In this document: positions 1-14,100 of the stretch, piece by piece
How positions within the stretch are numbered: position 1 is the first letter of the stretch
Layout of the letters: each line of letters starts with the position of its first letter
Assembly (NCBI GenBank): GCA_002269645.1
Contig: NIVC01000556.1
Location: 124,001 to 188,000 of the forward strand
Direction: 5' to 3'
Source: Macrostomum lignano
Lineage: Eukaryota
Length of the DNA: 64,000 bases
The notes under the pieces: generated by a model
Database searches by the model: none
What the model saw: the letters and a program-made list of their open reading frames with translations, nothing else
Told to the model about the DNA's origin: nothing
Made by a program: the position numbers and the translations under genes

Positions 1-352
<352 letters not shown>

Positions 353-1444
353 CTAACAAAATGACTCACTGCATAGTGCAAGTCACGCACCACCGGGTCA
401 GAAAGGAAATTCACTTTTACAACATGTCTGACTCACAAAGGGTTCCTATCTGAAATCAGGGGGGACCAGCCACTGATAAAATGTCAAAATCTTTAAATAA
501 CGCTTTGATAATCCTTTAATCTTTCCGCAGCAGGCGCAGCAACTGCTCTGAGCCCAGCTCTCTCTCTCTCTCTCTAAACTTCACTTCATCAAGCTTCGGC
601 TGGGGCCTCTTTAAATTACACAAAGCATTCGGTTCTTCTCCTCATTTGAGCACTCGGAAGTTGAAGCAAAATTCTTGCAACGCTAAAGAGGAGAGTAGAG
701 TTGAGTAATGATGCAGGCCAAGAGCCAAGAGTTTTGAAGTGGTCCGCCAAGTATCCATCCTCAGCGGTCCTTGCCGCTCTCTTGACTCGCGCGTAGTTCT
801 CATCATTCTGCTCATGAAAATGTTTTTATCCCCCGCTTGCCGAGAATCAGGGTGGAGGCGGGATTCGAGAATATGCGATGCGAGCCAGGGCTCCGGTTCC
901 TTCGGAGGAGGATCGGGGGGGGGGAGAAATGTATTTTATGGTCCCCCGCGTCTCTCCCTGCCCGCCCTCGACTCGTGGAAGCTGGCAGCTACATCTTATT
1001 TCCAAGGCTCCATTAGCTCTTCATCTAGCGGAGGCAACCGCCGCCCCCCACCCACCCTGGCTGCTAGAACCCGTCCGTTCCCCATTTGCCATGCTCCGGC
1101 ACTCTTCTGCTTTTTTCTCCTGGGCCCGACTACTTACTCAACTGGACTCGCCAGCCCCGATCCCCCGGCCCGCTTCTCCTCTCTCCGTCAGTCTTGGCGA
1201 AGATTCGCTCAGCTAGAAACTCTGACCAGGGATCGGGGCGTTTGCTAAATTGGGGCGGCGGGGGGGGCAGCTACCGAACAGACACTGCTTCTTGTGCGGC
1301 TTCTTTTGCTAGTTGAAATTTCTGCTTCAGATTGGAAACTATATTAGTTCAAGGCTTGGTGCTTGATTTAGCTGTCGAAAGGACAATAAGATTTTAAAAA
1401 GAAAAGTACATTTTTGGATTGAAAGATAAACAAGACTAAATGGT

Positions 1445-1779
<335 letters not shown>

Positions 1780-3012
1780 GTAAGACTGAGAAGTGAAGCG
1801 GCTTGGGCGGATGGAAATGCATAATGAGATGCCCAAACTATAACCATCAGAAATCGATCGCAAGCCTCTACACTGTAGCTTTATCCTTTCCTGGACTCCC
1901 AACTAAGCAACTGGACACTGATTGCGCAGAAATCTGAACCAGACTCTAAACTAGGCGAAGTATTGAAGTACTTTCAATAAGTACTGCTGGCCACCGCTTG
2001 GTTGAGTTGTCAATGGACTGACACTGAGAGCTAATTGTTGACAAGACAGAACTCTTTCTATCCTCTATGTATTGGACTGTATAATATCGCTTTTCCTCTT
2101 CTAATTCCTCATAGCTGTCTACCTACTGTTCACTGACCACTATTTTCCCAACTTTGCCACTTTGCTCATATCTGCCACTATTTTCCCAACTCCCTCAAAT
2201 CTCAAGCCGATGAAGCTTCAATGCAGATTCCTAAGAGTCTTTCCTGTTTTAATGTGAGCAAGAAGACAAAATCTCACTTCTCCACGCAGACCCGAGAATG
2301 TCTTCCATCCTATTTTCTCTGCCTGCGGGTCTGCAGCCCAGTGTGAGCTAAGCACTGCTTCAACTCCTGCTCAATATTCTGTTCACATCCCTTCAGCCTC
2401 TCAGCTCCCTTTTCCAAATTCTAGCTCGCATTGTTTCCAAATTCTCCTGACTCCGATACAGCTGTCTATCAGGCAGGCGCATCTCCCATTTTTGGGGGAT
2501 TTGGGGGGGGGGTAAAAATCCAGCACAACACCCCATCCCGTGAGTCCCCGCTTCATTCTGGGGGGGGGGGCTGTTTTGAGTAGGGAAAAGGAAGAGATGC
2601 GACACGCTTTACTCGACACCGCAAGCATGCCCTGCATCAATCCTGTCTCCCTCATCCCCTTTAGTTCAGCTTCCCTCCCGCACTGCTTTCGCCATTGCTG
2701 GTGGCGGCGGACCCCCCGCTCGATTGGGCAGCAGGCTCGCATAGTGCATAGGAGGGGGGATGGGATACGGTGGGCGATGAGCATAGGGAAGAAGAAAAGC
2801 TGTCCCCTATTTGGAGGATAGCTTGCTTGCAGTGTTTTATTCGCGTTCAGCCCCAAAGTAGCGGAGAGCGGAGGAACGTCTCAAGCCAGCGTGACTTGCA
2901 ACGGTTTAATGGCGTCGAAGGCTGAGTGAAGAAATCACAGAAAAAACATCACCTTAAAGACTCGCAGAGCTACTAAATAAATTAACTTATAAGATCCCCA
3001 AAACTGAGAGCT

Positions 3013-3118
3013 ATGAGCATATCGGAGTCGCAGCGCGAGTACCCTCACCATCCGGTGCCGGTCATGGGCCCCATGCGGGTCGGCAGCATGCGCAAAGACG
3101 GCGTTCGCGAGTCCATTG
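3013..3118 (+). CDS. stom: Putative distal first coding exon of stomatin ([36 protein letters not shown])
   Basis: ATG at 3013, open frame of 106 nt, then G|GTGAGT donor in phase 1, matching the phase-1 acceptor at 14603. Confidence 0.7.
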
Positions 3119-6100
3119 GTGAGTGAGATTATCTATTCTCAAATGTATGGGTTCTGTTCTCATTAAAATTTAATCTGCTCTCACGCGATCTCAATCTACT
3201 CCTAGCCCGATCTCGCTACAACTCGCACCCTGTCTCGATCTATTCTCACCCTGCTTCGAGCTACTCTCAACCTGTCTTGATCTATTCTCACCCTGCCTCT
3301 AGCTACTCTCAACCTGTCTTGATCTATTCTCACCCTGCTTCGAGCTACTCTCAACCTGTCTTGATCTATTCTCACCCTGCTTCGAGCTACTCTCAACCTG
3401 TCTTGATCTATTCTCACCCTATCTTGATCTACGAGATTATTATCAGTCGGTTTCGATCTATTCTCACTTTTTCTTGGTCTATTCTCAATCTGTCTTGATC
3501 AATTCTCACCCTTTCTCGATCTATTCTCATCCTGTCTTGATCTATTTTCACACCGCCTCGATCTATTCTTACTTTCTGGATCTATTCTCACTTTGTATCA
3601 ATCTATTATCAACAGATTCTTAAGATTCTTATCCAATCTCGATTGATCTAGTCTCATCCATCTATCGATCTATTCTCAGCTACCGATCTTGACGAATCCT
3701 CCACCAATCGCACTCTGTTCTCACCCTATCTCCACCCGTTCCCGATGGCTAACCCAATTCTTACTTATGTAAACCCAATCTATTCCGGATTCGGTTCTCC
3801 AAGCCAGTTCCAATCAGTAAAATCGGGGACTCAACGCGCTCGTTAGCGAATTTCTAGGCCTATTTTTTCAAACCTGCTACTTGCGTCATTCCCCGAGCTG
3901 AGAGACTTTGGTCAGTCTACGTTCAAGAATCGAATCCAATCCAATCAGTAGAGAGAAGCTATGACGCAACAACCTCTGTTTCGCTTTTTTTCAGGAGTAC
4001 CAGGCACCCTGCCCGCCCCCCATACCCAGGGCCCACTAAAGTAGTATCTGCTTCTTTTTGAGCTCCTGAGACAGCATAATTAAGCAGCGCTGGACAAGTA
4101 GAGGCAGAGGCTGCCGTACACTCAATATGCAGCTGCAGCAAAAACAAGCACGACGTGAAAGAGAATAGACCGCAGCAGCAATTCTTGTTGAATAATTTAC
4201 AGCGGCAGCTTGCGAAACTGACTCTCTGGGGCTTCCCCTTGGCTATTGCTGCGTCTGCTTTTTGTCAAAGCGCCTCTGCGCTCCCTCGCCTCATGTCTCT
4301 AGCCTCTTTATCAAGCACTGAACGGCTGGGGCTTTCTTTTGCTTCTTTGTTTCTTTTTCTTCTGGCCCGCGAATAGCGGCTAATAGTCGTACAAGTAGCA
4401 TTTTTCATGCATTCGAGTGAGGATGAGCTATTGGCAGAGAATTCCGAACAGAAGGCAAACAAACATTCGAATAGTACACGGCTCAAACTCTTTCCTTGTA
4501 CGTTGAGGAAGCTCTTACCCATAATCAATGTACATTGAGAAAGCTCTTACCCCCTCAGTGTACATTGAGGAGGCTCTTAACCCCTCAGTGTACATTGAAA
4601 AAGCTCTTACCCACTCAGTGTACATTGAGGAGTCTCTTACCCCCTCAGTGTACATTGAGGAAGCTCTTACCCCCTCAGTGTTCATTGAAGAGGCTCTTAC
4701 CCACTCAGTGTACATTGAGGAAGCTCTTACCCACTCAGTGTACATTGAGGAAGCTCTCACTCACTCAGAGTACATTGAGGAAGCTCTTACCCACAATCAA
4801 TGTACATTGAGAAAGCTCTTACCCCCTCAGTGTACATTGAGGAGGCTCTTACCCACCCAGTGTACATTGAAGAGGCTCTTACCCACTCAGTGTAAATTGA
4901 GGAGGCTCTCACTCACTCAGAGTACATTGAGAAAGCTCTTACCCCCTCAGTGTACATTGAGGAGGCTCTTAACCCCTCAGTGTTCATTGAAGAGGCTCTT
5001 ACCCACTCAGTGTACATTGAGGAAGCTCTTACCCACAATCAATGTACATTGAGAAAGCTCTTACCCCCTCAGTGTACATTGAGGAAGCTCTTACCCACCC
5101 AGTTTTCATTGAAGAGGCTCTTACCCACTCAGTGTACATTGAGGAAGCTCTTACCCACTCAGTGTACATTGAGGAAGCTCTTACCCACTCAGTGTACATT
5201 GAGGAAGCTCTTACCCACTCAGTGTACATTGAGGAAGCTCTTACCCACTCGGTGTACATTGAGGAGTCTCTTACCCACCCAGTTTACATTGAAGAGGCTC
5301 TTACCCACTCAGTGTAAATTGAGGAGGCCCTCACCCACTCAGTGTACAGTTAGGAAGCTCTTACCCACCCAGTGTACACTGAGGAGTCTCTAGCCCACTC
5401 AGTGAACATTAAGGAGGCTCGTACTCACTCCAAACACGTATTGATTACTTTGTTTTTACACGGGACTTCGAACAAAACAACAAATTGTTCGTCTGGGAAT
5501 AGGAATAAGGTCCCAATTCCTAATCCTTATTCCCTCTACAAGGATCATTTGTCAGAGTATAAAACGGCTTCTACAATAAGGACGTACTAAAATCTTGATT
5601 CAGCATCAAAATGGAATTTGGGTGTTAATGGGTGTTGCAATCCGAGCCTTGCTGTAGGGGGAATTCATCTTTGAAATAGTAGAATGATGGTATGATGTGG
5701 AAATAAATTTAATCATTTTTGTAGAAAATTGCACGCGACATTCCACTGGGTGAGCATTAAAAAATTATGATAGATGTTTGCTAGCAGGGTTTGCCATCCA
5801 TCTTGGAAAACGAGAACTGATAGCTTAGTTGGAAATCGTTAATTAAAACAACCGATCGTAAGAACCTTGGATGGCAGATCAGGTGTAAGCGACGAAGATT
5901 AAGGACGTTTGCGCCAAGCAAAAAATATGAATTCGAATAAAAAATCTAGAGAAGCACGTTGTTTCATCTAATTAATATTGGACGATAATCCCTAGGTTTT
6001 CGAGGATTAGGAAAAGGTATAGGACAACAACGCTTTGATATAAGTGTACTTTGCTAATGAGGAGCTTTAAGGTATCGTCTAGGGCTTACCTGGCAGTCTT

Positions 6101-9100
6101 CCCATCGCTCAAAAATTCCCTCAGTGAGCGAAGGTGGATTAGTTTGCTTTTTCCTACAAAAATACTTAATTCTTCACCAACCGATTTCAACTGGTCGTGC
6201 TTGCACGTACGAGCTAGATTCTTAAATTCAATGAGTCTACATACGCTCATAACTGTGCCATTTTAATGGGTTTTTAGTCACAGTACATGTACAATTGTAC
6301 GCAGCATATAAAACTAACATAGAATCCTAATTTTCAAAATAAAAAAGCTTTATGAATTATGAATATCAATAGAGCCATATAGGAAACGCAAGACATATCC
6401 TCCTATCAAAAACAATAGCAAAGTCCTTCGATCTACTTAAGTCGTCCTTGGCTTGGTCGTCCTTGGTTTCGTAGCTATACGTGATAGAGCAAGTAGGATT
6501 TCACAGTTTTGTAAAGTTGAAAGCCAATTTGTTCAGAGAACAAACTAAACAGAAGAAGTAGGAATAGAAAGAAAGCATGAGAGCCGGAGGAACAAATAGA
6601 GGAAGTGCATCCAACTCGCCCAATTTCAAGTCCAAGCGGAAACGAGCCCCCCTTTACGACATGCCGCATGGCTGGTCAAGACGGATTTCTGAAGAAAAAA
6701 AGAGCGACTACGCCAAAGACAGAGAGAATAGGCGGTGGTTGCTGCCATAAATTCCTCAAAGGCCATGCCTTTCATCTTTGCCCTGCCGTGCGCGCGTCGG
6801 GATGCTGCATGCAGCCTCGTTGCCCACCGATAATTAGGGGCCGATGGTAAAGGGAACAACTGTGCGCGCCGCTAGCGAAAGAAAAGCCCCTGTTTTCGGT
6901 GATTTATTATTCTCCACCAACTATTCTAGCTATTAAAAATGCCAGCTGTAGGCCGCTAATCGAAAAAAAATTTCTGAAAGGAAGATGCCCGTTTGCAACA
7001 TGGAAACGCTGACGATTATTGAACGAATTTGGTGAATCCCGGACATTTGACGCAGCTCGTGGACATTTAGATTTGGAAATATTTTTGTCTTCTTGTATCA
7101 TGATGCGCTAGTATGACATTCAAGACCTCAATAAACAGTGCGCAAGAAAGCTAAACTATAAATTATGATAAATAAAAATCATCCTGTGCCTTGTGCTCTG
7201 ATGGGATTCAGTTTGGTCTGAAAGTCATGGTTTCGGCATTTACCAAGCCTTCACGACCTCGCCACCGTGATTTGCTGCAGATCGCAGAAAGTAATGAGAT
7301 GAGGTTTTATGCATCAGCTATAAACAAATTCGTTGGTCTAGGGGTCTTTTGAAAGCATCATAATTCCCTTTGCACGGCGCATCTGAAGGCTGCGTACGGC
7401 TGTTCAGTCCAAGGACTGGGGAGTCGCCACACACACCCTCAATTACCCCAGCTAATGCTGACACCCATTTTACAGCTGGGTGAGCTGAAACAATGCAGAG
7501 TTAGGTGTCTTGCTCAAAGACACAACTTGTTCCGAGCGGGTCTGCTCCATATCTGTTGCATATCTGTCCATTAGGGTCGGTGCAATTAATTATTTATTAT
7601 TATATTGTTATTATGCTATTCCCCGAGATAAAATTCTGCCTATCATCCCACCGCTGCTGATATTTTAGTTCCGATTTAAGTCTGCAATTCGAGTGCCAGA
7701 CCAATTTTCCATCAGTCAGCGCGGAGACGCGAAATCACACAACAATGGATCATTTAAAAAGCATTAGAAAGTGAAAAAAGGCGCCAAGCAAGAATGAAAA
7801 TAAATATCAATGCTTTGGATGATGAACTATTTATATAGGCAACGGAGCAGAAAGAATATCGAGGCATTTTCGAAACATCCTCGACAGAAATTTTATTCAG
7901 GCGTGACATCGTGACTATATTCTTCTTGATTTGCGCACCCCCTTAAGCTTGAGCACGAAAGAGAAAGATATAGCTAGATTATGCAGAGATCCCGTTTCCC
8001 TGTGAGCAGAAACAGGGTAAGACGTGAGACTCTTCTCCAGTTAAGCAACCCACTAATGTCTCCGTTTCCATTTGATTCCCTTTAGCTTTCTATACATATG
8101 TGTCACATCGGCCCATCTTTCGTATACTCACCCGAAGGGAGGAGTTTTCTCGGTCTCCTTAAACCATTCGGTTCCTTCTCACTAAAGCCCCCGCGGGCTA
8201 GCAAAAAATTGAAGACCAAATAGAAAAAAAGCGGAGAAAGTGTATGGACAGTGACAGACAGTTTGAGACCTATATATTTTATTTGTACAGACGTACGTTT
8301 AGCAATGCATTTGATAGTCCCCTCTATCCCTTCCAGTCCTCACTTCAATTCTCCAAATCCACATTATTTTAAAAAGCTTAGCCACTTTATTCTCTCAAGG
8401 GACGGGCAAGGTTTTCCAGAGCGAAATGGAATACGGCAGTAAACAAAATTTGATGACAGTCGCATTTCAATATCTGTAGGAGATGGGTGAAAAGAGGCTC
8501 AAACCAGTCAAAAATTAATGAGTTGAAACCATCTCAGTCAGGATTGAATTTACCTCTAATGGAAACTAAACTAAAGAGGTAGATAGAAAATGTTCGTTTT
8601 TGCAAGTTGAAACGGGACGACCATATAGTAGGATCGGCTTGGCCTTCTAGCAAGGTAAACATAGGATAGGATCCTGAGATATCTTTTTCAAGGACTCAAC
8701 ACAGGTTATAATTGGACTCTAGGCAGACCCAAGCCCAGTTCCGACGTGACCAACCGGCGCTTGAAAACGCACAGTCTCGAGCTTTTTGGGACTAACACGA
8801 TTTCGCCGGATTAGATAGGTATTAGTTTCACACTTGGCCGCACTTTCGCACCTAACCAGGTTTCTACACTCTCTTCAGCTTTAAGGACAGGGGACTGGGC
8901 TGGTCCGATGAGTGTTCGTCTCAAACCAGATGTCTAGAAAGTGGCAAAGTGGCTAAAATCAAGAGAGTCCTCCGCGAGGACTCAGGCCGTCGCTTTGATT
9001 TGGTAAATTGATTTTATAAATCATTCATTCAACTGGCACTGTCGGTCTTTTAAATTTCTGCTTTGGAAATGAATTTCGCAAATTGTTCTGACCTCTTGGA

Positions 9101-11143
9101 GACCTGGGAATTTCTGACCGATTTTTACGGTCTCCATGGATCGGTAGCAACTTCCTTAGTGCTCGGGAAAGCTATGGGTTCGAATTCCCTGCCCTAATGC
9201 CCTGTGCAGATGTGTATTTCATTACACAGTCTAGCAATGCTACTGAATTCAGTAGCCAAGTAGGCTTGTATTTAATAAGCTTGCTTGAAATTGAGGAAAT
9301 TTTTATATAAAATCCGATACCAATCTACTAAGCTCAGTAGTGTGTCGTTCTGTGAACAATTTGTTGTTGAAAAACAACTAAAAAGCTATGCAATTTTCGT
9401 TGAATTGCATATCTGATATCTGCAGACGCTGTGGTTCGGTTCTTCTTGAGAACAAGGCCGTTCTAATGAGAAGGACAAGCCCGGGCGGCAGGGCCCGGCT
9501 GTCCAGTGTCCAGTGATTGATTTCACCGACTAAGTCCGCGTTTTTGCTAGTTTTTAGAAATTCTTTTCTGCTCCTCGCATTTTCGTCTGTTCATTTTTGT
9601 TGGAGAGGTGAGAGGACGTGATAGACAGCTGGCTAGGATTGGGGATTTCAGTGTCAGGCTTAAGAAATGATCCCAGATACTACTACACGGGGGCTTGAAT
9701 CTTCAAGGCAAGATATAATCCCAGAGAAGGAAGGCAAAGACCGCACTGTAAGTAGCGAACAGTATTAGATCCTGTGGCTATCCCAGGGAAGAATATTTCA
9801 TTAAATGATTGTGCATTCGTATGCGAAAAGCCCAAGTCATTTCTAATTCGATCTGTCACCGAGTGACTTCGGCTGACGACAGGCAAGCTACGTGAATGAA
9901 GGGGGTGGGGGCTACGAAGGAGGAGAGTGAAGAACTTCAAAAGCCTCAGTCTAATTCCAAGCACTAGTCGACTTGGACAGAAGCCACCCGAGGCTCTTCT
10001 ATAAGAATATGAGATATATCAAGAATAGGCCTGGAAATGAAGAGGGGAATGGGGGCTGCTGTGGGTTCGAAGAGAGCGAAGGTCCGCCCGCGAGTAGAGT
10101 GGAGAAGAAGCGTCGGCTTGAGGACAAATTCCAGCCGCGCCGTCCGTCCTCTGAAAACAACATCAATTCCCAATGCGCCGCCGCTTCCCTTGGCACTCAT
10201 TGCTCTTTCCCCTCCCCTCCTCTCCCTCCTCTCTCTCTCTCTCTCCTCGCGCCACCAAGGGCAAGGAGAAGCTGCCGGACAGAATGTAATTTGATTATAC
10301 CCCGAAGGCAGAGGAGGCCTTTCTGTCGAGTGTATGCCGGAGTGGTGTGTGCCTTTCGGCTTTCCGAGTATGTTTTCCAATGATGGCGGGTATTGAGGAC
10401 TTCTCCTGAGTATACACGGAACATATACGTTGATGTTTGCTTGGCGTGTGTAGCAGAGAGTAAGAGCTGACAGCAATGTCGAGTTGAGCCGACGAAGCAG
10501 CATCAACTTGCATGGTTGGGACTTAGGCCAGACTTGAGTTGTGTTGAGCTTGATTTTTAGCCCGACTAGCGTTCATCAAGTTTTTTTTATATTTTAACTT
10601 CTAGCCTCATAGGACACGAGTTTATGAAAATTAATTAAAATTAGTACGAAGAAGAATTTTCAAGTCATAAAAAAGATCGATTAACTACACACGCAAGGAA
10701 TTATTGATGCCGCTTGGGAATTTTTTTGGTGAAAGTTCCGCACCCTACAGTAGCGACTAGTTGTTTGTTAAGCCGTTGGTTATTAAGCGCCTTGCCTATG
10801 CTCTTCTTCGCAAGCTGTTCAGCTGCTAAGTCACCCGATCGCTAGGCCAGGGCCATGGGCTACTCCATAGCCAAGCAAGCATCAACCAATGAGAGGCGAC
10901 CTCCTATCTCTGGCGTGCGAGGCCGCCTGTACGGCCCGACGGATCCCCACCTCCCAGGCTTGGTTCGCACTTCCCCTCCTTTTCGGTTCAACTTCCCAAA
11001 AAGCGGCCCACTCGTTCGTATCAATCGAGCCAGCTATAAGAGGTAGGAGGTAGGGTTTCAATGTAGGCCGCGGCTACTGAAGACTCACGATCGAAAAATT
11101 TCTGCTCAGCACGCAATCGTCGCTGCTGTCCGGGTTAGAAAGG

Positions 11144-11196
<53 letters not shown>

Positions 11197-14100
11197 AGAC
11201 TGGCCCTGTCGAAAAATAAGATTGGAAGAAAACATTAAGTAGAGCGGACTGACCGACGAACGCGATGCATTCCGCTGCTATGCAGGACCGGGACAATCCC
11301 CCGGCAACTGGGCCGCTGAGCGACCCCGGTGAGTGAAGTCGGCTGACTTTCAGACAGCGGCTATTCTTTTTCTTTCTCTCTAGAGTTTTTTCTTGACTTT
11401 CCAAAACAACATCCGGGTTCCGGAGAGTTCGCACACTGTGTGTATGTGTTTTCCATGGGAACTAGACCAGCGGGTGGTCCTTATCGTCCTTTGGGTCCGT
11501 CTGGCCGACTTGGTGACAGACAGAAGCGGTCCGACGGCTATAAAGGCTCGCACCAGTGCTGGCATTTTGAGGCAGCTTTAAATTGATCGTGTACAATAGC
11601 TGAAGACGTCGTTGATTGGCATTGTGATAACCTGGAGTCGGCTAATTTAGCCAATCTACCCGTGGGGTCGCAGCTGCTGCACCTGCAGCCACCGCCGCAC
11701 TCGCAGCTAGGGAACTATAGAGCCAACAAGGGCTGCGTCAGGTGTTGCACTGCGCTGCTTCTTGGCTGCGGCAGTGGCGGCGAGGGTGGCGAAGGAGGCG
11801 ATGTCGACGGCGGCGGCGTTGGTGGTGGCCTCAGCTTGGAAGGAGGCCAAGTTAGCTCGGGAGGCAGCGCAAAATTCAAAGGTAAGCTGTGTCACCAAGA
11901 AGCCGATCATTTCAAGTGAACTAGCTTGAAGTCCTGCCTGGTCCAGTCGCGAGGTCAATGGCATCAACTCTGTCGGGGTTCTGCTAGCGACTGATTTGAA
12001 GTGAAGCGGCCCGTTTCCTACTCATTTGCTAGAGCAAGATTGGATCTGATCATTTTAATTGAGTCCATCATGGCAGACCAAGTCACTTTAGAAGTCTGTG
12101 CGTCACTGTGTGAGTACTAAGCTTCTGTGATGTCGCTCAAGTAACCGTTTTGTGACGGTTAGGAGAGTTTCGTCATTCGAACCGTTTCTAAGCCTCTTCC
12201 TGGACGGGAAAATTGGAAAAATTCTTCCAAACAACACGAAACCGATATTTGCATTTTGTCTGGCACAGCTTAGGCGTCGGTAAGCTGCGAGGCGCACTGC
12301 TCGGCTGGCAGAGTATTCAATATAAAACGGCCTCCAAAGAGAAACAGGGACAGGGAAAGAGAAAAGAGAGTTGATCAAATTTCTCCCAAGTTTCGATCAC
12401 TATTCTGTCGCGGCCACTGTCTCTCAGGTTTTTTGCCTTCCAATCCCTTCCTTTTTCTTGGCCTCGCGTCCCGTCCACTCAAGCCCGAAGGGGCCCAAAA
12501 GCTCAGACTTGACGACAGACTTCTCTCTGTCTGTCTCTACCCTCCTTTCCTATCTTTCCTTTAGTCTCTTTTCAGCAGCATTTTTTCAGCGTCTAGCGGG
12601 AGCAGAAACCGCTGACGACTCTTGAATTCCCCAGATACGAAGCAGCGGACAGCCGCCCCATCCGCCCCGGCTCTGCTCCAACCTCTGCCGCAAGCAGCCG
12701 ACCTCTCCTCCGCTCCCGCCCTGCCCCGTGTTGGTCTCCGAGCCCTGTGTAGTTGCAATCATTTAATGAAAAAAAGGAACGGATCTCTACTTCCCCATCT
12801 CCAACCCCTTTTCTCTGCCTCTCCTCTGTCTTGCGTCGCGTCCAGCTGATGCTTCCTCTATATGGACTTCGAGAGAATTTCTCTCCTTCTTCATCCTTTT
12901 CTCTCCTTTCAACCTAGAAAATTGTCTGCCTCTCTGCGTCTAACTGCTACCCAAATTCAGTCCTATCGCTTGTCCGCACCGCTCTTTACAGATGCCTGAA
13001 GAAAATTGGGGACAGAAAAGCTGGTTCAGAAGTCTTTGATGTGATTCTTGTCTCTTTTATCTGCTTCCTCCTCCTATACTTGCTGGTACCGCTCTGACCC
13101 CGCGATTTTGCTTCTCTCCCGGTCTCCGGTCCTTCAGGATATAATAACCTTCAAGAGTTCTAGCCTTTGCCACTGGGTTACCAATAACACAGCTGACAGA
13201 ATTTTTTACTCATATTTTCCGGCTTTGAACGAAGTTGGTCACTAATTTTTTTATATTCCAACGACAAAAGGTCCAGACTGCATGAAAAACTGGGACAGGA
13301 ATAGAACTGATGTGGTCGAATATAGGTTAGTGAGCGGCGCTTACATATAGTCTGATCTCGAATTTCCAATCGCCCAGTTCTGCAACTGCAGCGTCTTTTG
13401 CTTTTCCTTTTTGGAAAGATAGGGGATAGAAAAAGGGGAGCGGGAGAGAGCGAAAAGGGAAGAGCGAAAAACTGCAGTGGCGCCGATGACGCGCTGACAA
13501 GACGGCGAACCGAATTTCGTTCGTCTTTGCTGGAATTTTTTTCACTTTTTTCCCCAGCTACAAGCTTTGGCCACCACCCAAACAAAAACTAAGAGTGCAA
13601 AATGCGCCATTGCCAACACTGGTTCACCCAGTGGTCCTTGAACTCCTCTAATGAGGGATAGATATTTGACTTAGCTTCATGCTTTGTAAGTTACAACGCA
13701 ATCACTGCCTTATCGGTAGCTGTCTTACCAACCAAAACGCCTCAATGAAAAAAATGCAACTCTTCGGATGTAATTCCGCACGCTCCAAAGTTGTCGAAAA
13801 TTACGCGACATAACGCGACTTTTAAACCATAAATGAATAGTACAATCTTCAGTTCTAGTTTCTTAGCTCTTTACCAAAAGGTAATGCCAGGACCCAGGGG
13901 TTTAAGATATGCGCGGGCCGGACGTACAGAGCGGCTCGTTTATCAATTAGCTTGTTCCGCTTGTCAGTTCGTGGCGTTCCACCCAGGATTTTTGATGATT
14001 TATTACACGAAAAGCCGCAGCCGTTTTGTCTTAGACTGTACCGCTCATTTTGCAAAGCCAAGAAATGGCTGAACGTTTTGTCTTTCAATTAAAATTTTAC

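Noticed and set aside
620-1320. ORFs at 739-1316 and an open minus-strand frame near 620-820
   Set aside because: No recognisable domain or consistent splice signals.
4496-5393. [10 protein letters not shown] and QCTLRKLLP repeat ORFs
   Set aside because: Products of a 30-bp minisatellite that is open in several frames.
5493-5532. Imperfect hairpin as a Helitron 3' end
   Set aside because: No CTRR terminus at the expected distance and no 5' TC boundary identified.
9165-9200. tRNA or SINE B-box (GGTTCGAATTCCC)
   Set aside because: No cloverleaf and no convincing A-box.
9973-10383. Possible extra stomatin first exon ([18 protein letters not shown]...)
   Set aside because: No convincing phase-1 donor, and the frame runs into a CT microsatellite.
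13833-13880. ATG exon with AAG|GTAATG donor that could join exon 14799
   Set aside because: It would delete the membrane hairpin, the context is AT-rich and non-coding-like, and there is no other support.
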